Source: Ruditapes philippinarum
Taxonomy: Eukaryota
Direction: 5' to 3'
DNA: 64,000 nucleotides
NCBI RefSeq assembly: GCF_026571515.1
Contig: NW_026858824.1
Coordinates: 186,001-250,000, forward strand
The position numbers were made by a program, and so were the translations under genes. Positions 1 to 12,592 of this stretch are shown piece after piece (the first letter of the stretch is position 1; every line of letters starts with the position of its first letter). The notes beneath the pieces were generated by a model, which worked only from the letters and a program-made list of their open reading frames with translations, made no database searches and had not been told where the DNA came from.

Positions 1-455
1 TTTGTTAAATGTTAATACATTTCTGTTTCCCTTGTTTTCAAATTACCAATCTCACTAACAATAACAAATACTAACAATTTTAACATTTTATCTAACTATT
101 AAATTATTGATCCAAAGTTTACATATTAAACTGCAATACTATATACAATATATATTCAACATCTGACCTAGCGATTTGTAACGAACCTTTCGTTTACTAA
201 ATATTCAAAAACTATTATATACTGGCATACAAATTGTATTCAACCCATTTTATGTGAAATGTTAATGCAAGTTATATTATTTCTAACTGTTAAAACAAAT
301 GCAATATCGATTCAAATACACGGGCTCTATTATATTTCTTAGGTAACGAACCTTTCAAAATAAATGTGTCACCTTGTTTATGATAAAAATCCTTTTGTTT
401 TTTTGTCATGAACTATTATTTTGTATAACACTTCAAGTTTATAATCTCACTGATC

Positions 456-2420
456 TTAAATAAAATATCTCTGAATTTGCTTGATGTCACTTTCAGCCAA
501 TTTGAACATTCGCTTTGATCTGCCGGTTGGTATTGGTTCTTTCACTTTGCAGATGACATCAGAAAAGTTAATCCATATCTTGTCTTCATTCTTTGGCCAT
601 TGTAACAGATCTTTGCACTTTTGCATAAACGTTATCTCCATGTCCTCATCTTCTAAATCAATTTGTTCAATTTGACCCACATACCATGATTTGCTGTGTT
701 TTGCTGCTACAAAATTTCCAATAACAAACTTGGACTGTATGGCTTGTTCAGGTTGTATTATATCTGTATTCTGTGTAGGAGCTTGCTGGTTTCACATAGA
801 TGTTTTTGTCAAAGTTTCTAATTGCCATTGTAAACAATTGTAGACGCATGTCATACAGCTTGAGCAATAACAACTGGCATCAGCCACTAAAGTTTTGTTG
901 TTACTCTGGCCTACTTTAGCATGGATTTTCATTGACATTTGTCATTGCACATGCTGTTGACTGAGTCCAAGCATAAAAGCTATCTGCACTTTGAATTACT
1001 GTCTTGTCTGTACGAACTGCTTCGTCAGCTAGGCTTTTGGTAATTCCTCCAAGGCCATCACATGGACCCTTTCCATGACCAGCCTTGAAGAAATTCCAAA
1101 CAGCCTTCATCCAATAAATTGATTCATAGTTTGCAATTGTTTGGAAAATGGACTTATATCGGTATTGACTGGTTGAACTGTCTGTCCGGTAGTGTATGGT
1201 TCTAACAGTTGGAACAATAGTCTTTACTTCTTGAAAGACGTGTTTAATGAAACACTGGACAGTATTAGAATTGTGACCAATCTCGTCAGATACAATAACC
1301 ATTCTTTTGTGCTTCAATGGACTTTCAACGGCTTCTCTGTAATAAATATAAATGACAACTGGATGTAGTGTAACTGCAGTCTGGGACCAATAGGCCGATT
1401 GTACTTCATCCATGCTTTTGCAGGTGTAATTTTCTGCAAAGTCCATATGTAAAAGTACATCTGCAGGTGTTAAGCAATCTTTCAATATCTTAATTTCATT
1501 GTATTGTTTTCTCACTCTTTCAACATGTGCTTTGAAATCACCAACCTGCTTTTCAAACATAGGTAGAAAATCGGACTTTGCATATTCACTTTCAACTATT
1601 TTGGTCACTATCTTTGTTCTACCTCTTTCTTCAACTGGAACTCTCTTCCATTGGCCACATTTTACTTTATCTGGTGCATGTGAATTTAATGTATCTCTGT
1701 GCCTCACTTCATCTTTTTAGAACATCTCGGGGTTAAGGGGAATGTCTTCAGGCCTTTTATACATAGAGCCATGTTCTGGTGTTTTGTGCATAGGCAGCAA
1801 CTTCTGGAGGTAAAGGATGTTAATTTAATGTACGATGGCCTAATTCTTCCAAACGAAGTTAGTGAAAGTTTTGAGCCTGGGTTTTCGCTAAGATACTTTT
1901 TTTGCAAGTTTTTTTAGATAGTCATTCAATGTTCTTGTCTGATGAGATTCCCCATTATGTTTAAGTTTGTCTTTCTTCCTTGGGTTCTGTCTAGAGTTAT
2001 CATCACCTCTTTAATTTTGCCACTGAGGCCAAGTTTGATGTATTGCGTCCCATTTCTGTGTTTTGGCTGAATTTTCTGATAACAATACTTTTTGAGAAGA
2101 ATTTTTGACGTCTGACTGCGGACCTTAAAAGATCTGCTGGCTCTGATTTCACTCAGAACTGTATTCCCTAGAAGTAACTGTTGTTTCACTTTTGATGCTT
2201 GAGTTGCAGTTAATCCTGCAAATTTCATTTTGTGTTTTGTCAATGTTCTTGGTGACACAGATGCTGACGGAATAATTTCAGTCTGATCTATCTGCTTGCG
2301 CATAATCTTGGTTTTCAATCTCTGTATAGATCGCATTTTCATACTGCGTACTGTATTTCTTTTTGAGTTCTGCGTGATTGTCTTGTAGCTTTTTGTAATC
2401 TTTTGTCTTTTTCTCTAAAG
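456..2420 (-). pseudogene. Decayed DDD transposase, Sola2-like (copy 1)
   Basis: ORF fragments 1926-2342, 1704-1907, 916-1707 and 456-680 are broken by frameshifts/stops. Motifs: DFAENY, QSAYW, VTLHP, TDSSTSQY, GHGKGPCDGLGG, Cys cluster CLCTKHQN, and a C-terminal WYVGQI..QWP domain. Sola2 label is from recalled motif sets. Confidence 0.75.
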
Positions 2421-2895
2421 CCTTTGTTACTCTCATTATAAAATGTTCTTAAAGGGTATTTAGTACAGAAAAAAATGTATGATAAAATATCAAACATCAG
2501 TTTCAGATTCAAATATTTTAAACACCCAATATTTGTTTAAAGGAAAAAATGAAAAAAATGAGACTATATAGCGCTTTTAATACATTTAGCAAAGAACAAG
2601 CAACGAAATATTAATTTTGTTTTCAAAACAAAAATTATTTTTTGAATAATAATTTACTTCTTTTAGTGTGAAAGGTTTGTTACCATACGTAACAAACCTT
2701 TCATTTAATGTTATATAGCATTTGATCATAAAATATTCAGACACGGCAAATATAATAAGCTTAAACGGTGTTGGGTTACCATTTTTATGAAAAATGTCAT
2801 TTCAAAATAGGAAATATCAACTTACCAACTTTTATCCTTAAATTTTCCCAGCAAAGTTTTGTCACAAATACACTGAGCTCTCAAATCTAAGAAAG

Positions 2896-3787
2896 GGCAT
2901 GAAGATTTTATACATATTTATACGGACGGTTCAAAAGAAGGTTGCAAAGTAGGTGCGGCTGAGTTTGAAAATAATTTTACATCTAGTATGAGGTTACCAG
3001 ATAATGCATCAAATTTTACTGCTTAAGCAAAAGCTAAAGATTTAGCATTTGTCATACATTGTACAGCATACCCATGATAAATTTGTGATATTTTCTGATT
3101 CGCTTTCTGTTTTAATATCCATTAAAAATAAAAAAATCGGACAATATTATGATTCAGAAACTGCTTTTACGATTTCATGATATACTAAAAACAAAATCTG
3201 TTAAATTATATTGAATTCCAAGTCATGTAGGTATACGTACGAGGAAATGAAAAAGTAGATGCTTTAGCTAAACAATCATTAAATTTTCAAAAAAAACTGA
3301 CTTATTGTTACCTGCTTGTGATAAATAAACTCGTATCATCTGAATGGAAAGCAAATTGGGACAATGCCGTTTTTAATAAACTTCACGATATAAACCCATC
3401 TCTTGATGTGTCACCATCTCTATCTCTGTCAAACCGCCATGATCAAACAGATCTTCTTCGATGCCGAATTGGACACACTAAAATTACCCACTCTGTGTGC
3501 TTGTAAAGAAAATTTTACTGTCAAGCATTTTCTTCTTAAATGTCATGATTTTTCACAGGCCCATAATAGATTTTATTGTGTAAATTCACTCAAATAACTC
3601 TTTAATACAATTCCATAAAAAACATCATTGATTTTTTGAAAGAGATAAACTTGTATTCTAGGATCTAATTGGCTCATTTTTATTGTCATTTACAAAGTTT
3701 TACATAACATTTTAAGCCTATTATATCATTCGGCACGATATGGCCAATTATTTGTTAACGTGCCGTAAAAATCCAAACAAACAAACC
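2896..3787 (+). mobile_element. 5'-truncated, decayed I-group (Nimb/Ingi-like) LINE with RNase H
   Basis: Translates to YTDGSKEGCKVGAA, IFSDSLSVL, IPSHVGI-GNEKVDALAK, RCRIGHT and CACKENFTVKHFLLKC. Ends in a (CAAA)n tail. Candidate 7-bp TSD AAGAAAG at 2889-2895 and 3788-3794. Confidence 0.85.
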
Positions 3788-5052
3788 AAGAAAGAAAAAT
3801 TAAATTGATCAATAATGACGTCATAGATTAAACATCACGTCACATTTCAAATAAAACAGACTGTAAAGCCCGGTCTTTTCTAAAGGTTTGTAAATAAATA
3901 CAAAACATTCAATAAATGCTTTGTAGCAAGTGAGTGTTTTTCATTTCTACGCTTAAAAATCGTTTACGGTTAAAATTTCATATAAAGTATATTTTTGGTG
4001 TCTCGAACCTTTCAATAAAAATATTATTTCAAATAATTTATATCTTTTTTGGACCAAAATACAGTTCAACTAACTACAATATTACTAATTTTATAAAACA
4101 GATTCATATTTAAACTATGCTTTGAGGTAATGTTGCTGTTAATTTAGGTTCAATAACTATATCAGAACGTTATGATTCAAACTGTGACAAACCTTTCACA
4201 CGTTTTGTGGACAATAAAGAACTTGTGTAGTGGCCATCTTTGTTTTCCCCGAGGATAAGTTGAAAGTGTTCATTAGCAATTATTAACATAGTCTCACTTC
4301 TTAAACCCATCGTAATCTATAATTATTATTTAAAAGTGGCTCTAGAAACATTAAAATATGAGAAATTGAAGCGACGACAGTCACGAACCTTTCCAATTAG
4401 CATGATTGTGATCATCTTGAACAATACGTGTTGCTTGTAGCATTCGGCTATCTATGTTTTTAGGTACATGTAAAAGTTATTCCTTAGAAGCACACATAAA
4501 ATCAATCCCTTCTTTTACGTCAAAGGGATCATAAATGAGCGACAAGCGTTAAAAGGAATTGCGTCATCATATTGTGTTTGACCAACAAATCATCATATAT
4601 ATTTTATTTATTGATATGGTATTGTACTTTTAAACAATTTTTTAACTATTTTCGAAACTTCTTCAACAGTTTAAATCAATGTTCAGTGAAAATATTTACC
4701 TTGTATACATTTGACCTGATCAACGATTAGTAATTTTAACGCATTCACTAATTTCAAATAAATTCAAATCAAACTGGTTGAAAACTGTTTTATAAACCAC
4801 CAGAGGTGCATGCATTTGTTAATTATGTGTTTAAAAAGCATTTTAAAGTTTAAAGAAGTTTTGGCAGAAAAGGTTCACTTTCACCTGAAATGATGTAGAA
4901 GAAAAACAGTATTTATGTTTCCCCAGGATAATTTTATAGAGTTTATAGTAATGTTGTATGTGATGACAGGTTCTTCATATAGTAAATATGATTAAATACT
5001 TAACATATGATTGTATATTATAAAGATTAATATATAAAGATAACTTTATTTT

Positions 5053-5178
5053 TTGTTGGGTTTTACGTCATAGGTCAAGCTTTTCTGCTGGAGTGTCCTG
5101 ACGTGCATTATTTTATGCACGAACGGGTTCCTGTGTAGAACCACCAACGTCCCGGTGCCCGTTCGTGCCTGAAATAAT
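5053..5178 (-). mobile_element. SINE 3' fragment (minus) joined to a short inverted SINE fragment
   Basis: 5053-5151 is the reverse complement of the SINE body/tail seen at 12336. It is followed by ggtgcccgttcgtgcctgaaataat in plus orientation. Confidence 0.65.
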
Positions 5179-6329
5179 ATTTATATATACTGATTTGTGA
5201 TGTACACGGTTTCTCACTTATTAGCTGCACAAGGCCTCATCGAGTGGGGAAAATATTATAAAACAAAATACGCATACATCATTTGTGACATGCTAGGACC
5301 AAGTCTTCTTTACAAGCATGCACAATTTCTTATGTATATCTTTAATGGTTCTCTAATTATAGCACGTTAAGCAACACTACCTAATTTACAAAATAATGTT
5401 GAAATAAATGTCCGGTACGATAATATGACACTTTTTTCGTGGGTACATATAACACAAATGTTGCACATTCACATTCTTATAGCATAGTTTTTATAAAGAG
5501 TATAACTGTGAACAGCAAACAACTTAGAAATTTATCATATAACATGTTGTTTTGACAAAGGCGTTGCCTAAATAATATAATTAAATAACAGTGTTATTTT
5601 TCGTTTCTCTTTTGTTTATGAATCATTTTCAAATACATTTAATCATTACTTCACAGGAATAGCCACGACAAAATATGTTTTGGCTATAGACTTATTTGTC
5701 GAATACGAAACAAGCAAAAATGTTTAAAGGGTCTTTATTGAAATCGCTTTCAAACATAATCAACTACAATTAAAACCTCTTAATTGTAACGGAAATTTCA
5801 TAAATCAGTTACTTAAGAGTATCATTTAAGATTGATATTCAAAATGTTTAACAAGAACAAATAACTGTTTTCTAGTTATTTACAAATCATGATTCAACTT
5901 TTCGATGATATATTTTAAAGAGAAACGCACATTTAACAATTTAGACTTTTTCCATGTGTTAAAATTTAAAATGTAACATACTTTATAACTAGAACCACTA
6001 CATCGGCATATTGTAACACAGATACAGCAACTAATACATTTAAAGTATTATTGACTTTTCTCTCGCATTTCCAACTAAATGATATTATAAGATACTTTAA
6101 CATATTGCTTTTTGCGAAATATAACGGAGATTTTTTCAGTAACGAAAATTTAGTTCGAGAAACATATAGTTTACTTTTCTGGCATCGAACACAATTTCAA
6201 TTTTTGCATTTGAGTGATTGTGTAAGGTTGTTGTTTTCTTCTTGAATTGTTTGATTTTTTCCATTTACGTCAGCAAGTTAACACGTTTTCATATGGTTTT
6301 CAAAGTAGGTCTGGGCAGATTTCTTTGCG

Positions 6330-7620
6330 ACCTCATCAATTCTGCCAGATTTGCCTGGGCATTGTGCACAGAATGGCTTCTTTCTTAATCCATTTCTGAT
6401 CTTTGTAAGTGGGCCACTGGAATAATTGGTTTTTTTGCTGCATGAAATTGATCTCAATTTCTGAATCGTCGCTATCGATGAATTTCCCTATGTACAATTC
6501 TTTCTGGTTAACAGCAGCAACGAAGTCATCTTTCTTGTATTCTATTCATTCTACATTGTGCACGTGTCCACTAAGCTCTTATCTATGCTTTTATCATTGC
6601 CATGTGTGGTATTACAAGTGTTATCTGTAGTAAACCTATCGTCGTCTATGGTACTATTTCCTGAACATTTTGTTGCTTCATATGTAGATGCAGATGACCA
6701 TGAGCTACACATTTCTCCTGCTAAACACTTAACACAGTAACAACTTCGATGAATTATATCTTGGATTTGCCCAAACCAACAACTGCATGCAACTCCATAG
6801 TACCTGCAACTGACTACACTCCGACTAGCCATCAACTTATTTTGCCGTGTTGGGCTTTGTTTAGGGATTCTTATTTCTCTCTATTTTAGCCTTTGCCTCG
6901 CAACTATCCCTAGAAACAAATCGGGATGTAACGTTTGTCACATTCGATGTCTTTCCCCACTGATAGAAATCACATGCATCGCTAATACTCTCCCGCTTCG
7001 ACTTGCTTCATCGGGAATGCGTTTGCTCGTACCTCCTAATCCGTCACACGGACCTTTGCCGTGTCCGCTGTCAAAGTAATTCCAGCGGACGTGGCACCCA
7101 AAAGTATCAAAGTGATTGGCGACGGCGTCAAATACATGTATGTATTTATTGCGATATTGAGAGGACGGTGAGTCACTCCAGAAGTGAATCATTTGCAGTT
7201 GTGGATCGATCAGTTTCATCTTTGGAATGAGGCATCAATAAATGCCACAACAGTTGACGCTTTGTGAGAGACTTCATGCGAAACGGTTAGAAAACTTTTG
7301 TATTGAAGCGTGCCATCATTACCATTCCAGTAAACAACCATTGGGTGCAGCGTGACGAATGACTGGTTAAAATATGCACTTTGCAACTCTTCGTGTGAGC
7401 GACAAGTGTAATTTTCCGCAAAGTCAAGCTGAATGATTAAGTGATGCTCTGGTAAAGTTTGCTTCAAGAGTTTAATTTGTTCATGTTGTACGTTTACTCG
7501 TTCCACGTGCTGTTTAAATACTTATCTAGCTGCGTGCTTGTTTGTTCTATGAACTTCTCTGCAAAAGGTGGTGAAGGAAATGTTAGTGTCTTGGTTTTCA
7601 GACTTGCATTTCAAATACAG
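6330..7620 (-). pseudogene. Decayed Sola2-like transposase (copy 2, divergent from copy 1)
   Basis: LDFAENY, QSAYF, VTLHP, WSDSPSSQYRNK, GHGKGPCDGLGG, RSCYCVKC and a C-terminal FQWPTYKD domain, with frameshifts. The 5' part is cut by the HINE at 7623. Confidence 0.75.
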
Positions 7621-7622
7621 AT

Positions 7623-8258
7623 TTTTAGCTCACCTGTCACAAAGTGACATGGTGAGCTTTTGTGATCGCTTTGTCCGGCTTCCGTCCGTAAACTTTTACT
7701 TTAAACGACATCACCTCATAAACCGCTTAGCCAATTTTATCCAAACTTCACAGGAATGTTCCTTTGGTAGTCAACTTTCAGAATTATTCAAAGAATTTAA
7801 TTCCATACAGAGCTCTGGTTGTCATGGCAACCGTAAGAAAAAACTTTAAAAAATCTCCTTTAAAAAACCCTAAAGAGCTAGCGCTAAAATATTTGGCATG
7901 AAACATCGTCTAATCAGTGTCTACCAAGTTTCTCCAAATGAAAGCCCTGCGGTCAAAATTAGCCCCACCCCGGGGGTTATTGATTTTCCTTATTTGTATA
8001 TAGTAAAAACTTTAAAAAATCTTCATTTAAAAACCCAAATAGCTAGTGCTTAGATATTAAGCATGAAAGATCTTCTAGTGGGTGTCTACAAAGTTTGTTC
8101 AAATAAAAGCCCTGTGGTCAAAATTGGCCCCGCCCCAGGGGGTCATTGTTTTCCCTTTATGTATAAAGGGAAAAACTTTAAAAATGCTTTTTTAAAAAGC
8201 CTTAGAGCTAGAGCTAAGATATTTAGCACGAAACATCTTCTAATGGGTGTCTACCATT
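7623..8258 (+). mobile_element. HINE (Helentron-associated non-autonomous element), family A, 3'-truncated
   Basis: Starts TTTTAGCTCACCTGTCACAAAGTGAC, has a (GTCC)-like microsatellite and ~2.5 copies of the ~167-bp core seen at 44.4-50.9 kb. Confidence 0.8.
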
Positions 8259-9552
8259 TTAAACTCAAATCCAATAAAAGTATAAAGAATGGGACTTTAA
8301 TTCATGTAAGGAAAGTGGACGTTACATTTTGAATGTCTATTTGTACATTTTATGGACTTTTGATTTCAAGGCTTTTAAATGTTAAATGTTGAATGCATAG
8401 AGAAGCGTATTTGCACAGACTCAATTAAACATAGTGCGCAATGTTTATTTTTTAAGTTTTGTCTTCATGTCAATTTATATAAAAACCAGAAAAATAATGC
8501 TTTTTAATGGTACTTATAGATTATAAAAATTATAGATATATCTTTTATTGATCTACTGTCGTTCTGATAATTGATATAAGGACAAATTCTAAGATGATAG
8601 CTATATGCTTTTGATTTTTCGGAGTCCATTTGCTTGTTTTGTTACTGTACGCAATAACCTATGTACCCATCCATCCTACATTATAATAATTCACATAAGT
8701 CTTATCATAGAGATTATCTCAGCTTTGTGGTCTTTATGGTCATGGTAATGTGGTCAAGATACATCTTTTTCTTTATTTATATCTCATCATTGCATAGACA
8801 AAATAAAGCATACGAGTACAATTAAAAAAAAACAAAAAAAAACACACGTACATTTGAAAGAAAGCCATAAATGCATTGCCATTCAATAAAGTATTGTAAG
8901 AGACGGTCATATGAATTACAATAAAATTCAACTACACATGATTTTCAATTTTTATGATCGCACAAGTAAGGAAAAATGATCTATGTAATGTGTATAGGAG
9001 TTTTGGATCTAGAATGAGTCCTTTGAATTTAACAAATAGCAGCGTACCCTAAAATAATTTGCTTTCTCTACAAAATAATAAAAAGTACCAATTTCCAAAT
9101 AAATTTGAGTCAATAAATTAATGTGTTATCATTTTCACTTTATTGTAATATCGTATACATAGTTAACACATTTGCAAAATTTAAAGTGGAAAATTCACAC
9201 AACATAATCTACGTGAATGTCACTGTGACATTATATTTCTTCTAAAATAAGGATGATATCCAATGACACTATCAAGATCAATATAAACTCTGTTCTCTCA
9301 TACACTGTTACAGCAATTTATGGAAATGATAAAGAATGGTATTCGATTGCACACTTGACTGAACAGCATTTTTTATAATTAGAAAGTGTCCGCGATTTGT
9401 CAAAAAAAGAAAAAGAAAGCCAAAAACAATTAAAAAGAAACAAGAAAAAATAAAGAACATAACAATACCATGATGTTAGATATAATTAAGATCGCATATC
9501 TGAGTCAGTTGAAATAAATTTGGTCATAAAATTGTCGGGGGTATTTTTCATG

Positions 9553-9611
9553 AGTGATTTTAACAGTGATTTTAACAGTGATTTTAACAGTGATTTTAAC
9601 AGTGATTTTAA
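9553..9611. repeat. 12-bp minisatellite (AGTGATTTTAAC)x~5
   Basis: Directly visible. It overlaps the stop codon of claudin-like gene A. Confidence 0.95.
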
Positions 9612-11475
9612 GCTGCTTCAACTTCATTTCTTCGAAACTCAATGATAAATAGGAATGTACAGAGGAAAAGACACAATGATCCAGCAATAGTTGACAGTAT
9701 GAACGATGTACCAAGCTTCATAGAATTACTGCTGACATTCAATGTATTTAATACAGAGGTCACGTAACTCATTGTTTCTTCAGTATCACCATTGCAAAAT
9801 AATCCATACACGATAACGCCTATTATAATGAATATACCTGAAATATGAATTGATAAACTAATTTAGAAAACAACTCAAATATACCTTTGATCAATGTTAG
9901 GACATGTCAATGTTGTTAACGTTAATTCTATTGACAACAAACAAACACCTGATGGTAGACAATTTATATTCAATCTATTCTCTTTATGTAATAGGATACA
10001 TTATACCGTTGTTTCAAAGTGGGGATAAAATTTAGTCTTTAATGGATATTTCTGTCAACATTTTCAATTTTGCTATTTCTTTTTGACACTCATTAGGGGT
10101 TTCATTTATCTCTATCTTATATTCAACGATCTGGAGTGTTTTATTTTTATTAAGCTTAGGATGTATTTTAATTATACACGTATCTATATTTATTGATGTT
10201 TTATTTGGGATGTAGATCTTATAAAACATTTACAACGTATTCAAACATTACAAATTAGATAATTAGAGAATTCTTCATGCATGTTTGAAAAAAAATCAGA
10301 AATATTCAGTTATATTCACAAGCTAGATATACAAAATATATAACCATTAACTTCCATTTATTTATGTTTAAAATATATTTCTTTGAATATTCAACATTGA
10401 TACTTAGCAAGTCCAAAATTAATAAAAACATTCGCATATATAAAATTATATGAGCCGCGTCACGACAAAACCAACGTTTGCGACCAGCATTGATCCAGAG
10501 CAGCCTGCGCATCCGCGCAGTCTGATCAGGATCCATGCTGTTCGCTATCAGTTTCTCTACTTGTAATAGGGTTGGTAAGCGAACAGCATGGATCCTGATC
10601 TGGAGCCATGCTGGTCGCAAACCCATTATGTCGGTTTTGTCGTGACGCGGCTCATATGGTTATATCTCACCTGAACTACATACAAAAGCTATGTTCAAAA
10701 GCTTTAATGTTCCGGTTTGCCTTATAAATATTAAAATAAAAGAAAGTACAACGGAGACTAAGAGCCCGGTCAAAGCAAACGTTTCCAGTATTTGCACTGC
10801 CTTAATAATGCCTGAAAAAAAAAAAGAAAATAAAAAAAGATTGCAATATCAGCTTTATAAATTAGAGTTCTTTTGTTATACGTATTAATTTAAATGGTGT
10901 AGAACTAAATGCAATGAGCAGGCATTTCAAATCACCACATACATAGGTGCCATATAAAATAATGATAATCGACGAAAATTCAAATCACCGTATCTCAATT
11001 GAAATAAATACAATTTACTCTTCTTCTTTAAATATAACAATTTCAAATCTTTACAAATAGAAAAGTAATGAATTTGAGAACAAATACGAGTCGTATTAAC
11101 AAAGGAGAGTGTCATTTACGGAATGCAGCCCCGAATAACGTTCAGTCAGGTCAGATCTACGTTTAAACTTATGACCAGGCATAGAATTAAATGTCATTTC
11201 TATAATCTTGAAGAAATATAAATGAAAATACCTGTAGATTCATGTTTTGGTACAGTAGAACACGCGAGTTTCCCATATACATGAATACAGAAGCTATCCT
11301 GCCATAATCCTATATGATACTCTGACTGTAAGGAATATTCTGAAATCATCACGTTCAGATTTACTGTTGTCCATATTGGCAAGGTGAAGCCAGTTACATG
11401 AATAATAAACACAATGAGTAAAGACACAAATGCGATTGTTAAAAAACCTGATGATAAAAATGCACTTTTCGCCAT
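9608..11475 (-). CDS. Claudin/PMP22/EMP-superfamily tetraspan protein A, ~204 aa; exons 11475-11232, 10811-10671, 9837-9608
   Basis: GT-AG introns, both phase 1. TM1-W...GLWQ..C..C loop, four hydrophobic helices, open frame across the joins (615 nt). Confidence 0.85.
10452..10653. mobile_element. MITE with GAG...CTC ends, ~21-bp TIR and ATAT TSD (Sola-type)
   Basis: gagccgcgtcacgacaaaacc / ggttttgtcgtgacgcggctc, flanked by ATAT at 10448-10451 and 10654-10657. Confidence 0.85.
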
Positions 11476-12335
11476 TATATTAAGAATACATAATGAATTA
11501 TTTGAACATTTCTTCGGAGTCAAACAGATACATACCCAATAATAAAGCTGCAAAGTTCTTAACGCTTAAAATATTTAGAAGTTTTTACTACCCGGAGTAG
11601 AAATTATTCACGTTATCAAATGCCATTCATATATCAACTACTACACACCTATTTCACATTCTTCTGTTTCAATATATAATATTCTTATATTTTCAATTAA
11701 CTTAACTTAAAACAAAACTGCATTTTTTTGGGAAAATGGAACATTTAATTGATTCGATAAAAAAAAAACCCCAAAAAAAACAAAAAAACTTTTCAACCTA
11801 ATGCCTGAAGAAGGTATCTCTAATCAATGTATAATATCATTTGGAATATTTTATTATATTTCAGGACCGGTCGGGTACTTAAGCAGGGATAACCATATCA
11901 TCTAAGGAGTGTTTAAAATAACCGCAAAGCTGTGTGATTAAATATAAGTTTAGGTTTAAGTAAATCTGATAATAATGTTACATTTGAAGCGGATTTAGAA
12001 TCTCTTAGTGCATAATTTATCATTATGTTATAAACATTACAGAAAATATGTATTTTGTATTTTAATTCCTCAGTATTAATAACGCAAAACATTTGGGTGG
12101 ACAGCTTATTTATCAAATACATAATAATCTATGTCATCTAGTGGAACAAGATGACTGTTGCTAATTAAGAATCTCAACAAATAAATAAAATGAAGAAACA
12201 TCAATTCTTTTGTTACGTTAGTAATTCTTCCACAATATGAGTTCAGTTGAGCTCTCTCTTGAGATCGCAGTCATTTACAGAAATATTTTTTACATGGTTT
12301 GTAATATAAAATGCGTGATTGTATACATCATTAAT

Positions 12336-12592
12336 GGGGGCGTCCGTGGTCGAGTGGTTAAGGTCGTTGACTTCAAACCACTTGCCCCTCACCGCTGTGG
12401 GTTCGAATCCCGACAGGGACTTTGGATTCTTCAATGTGAGAAAGCTATCCAGCTAGCTTACGTTGGTGGTTTTTACTCAGGTGCCCGTTCGTGTCTGCAA
12501 TAATGCACGGAAGGGCACATGAGGTCTTTACTCCACCAGTAAAGCTGGAATATCGCCATATGACCTATACTGTGTCGGTGTCAAACAAACAA
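12336..12592 (+). mobile_element. tRNA(Ser-like)-derived SINE
   Basis: Box A TGGTCGAGTGG, box B GGTTCGAATCC, conserved body and (CAAA)n tail. TSD acatcatt(a/c)at at 12325-12335 and 12593-12603. Confidence 0.9.

Larger units (their letters stand above)
179..4395. repeat. Dispersed motif (G)TNACRAACCTTTC flanking the Sola2-like transposase
   Basis: Copies at ~179, 343, 2668 (inverted), 2689, 4003, 4184 and 4380. Confidence 0.6.

Noticed and set aside
12336-12420. Functional tRNA genes (also 16965, 39265, 43703-44010)
   Set aside because: Poor stem pairing and embedded in SINE or TRIM structure.
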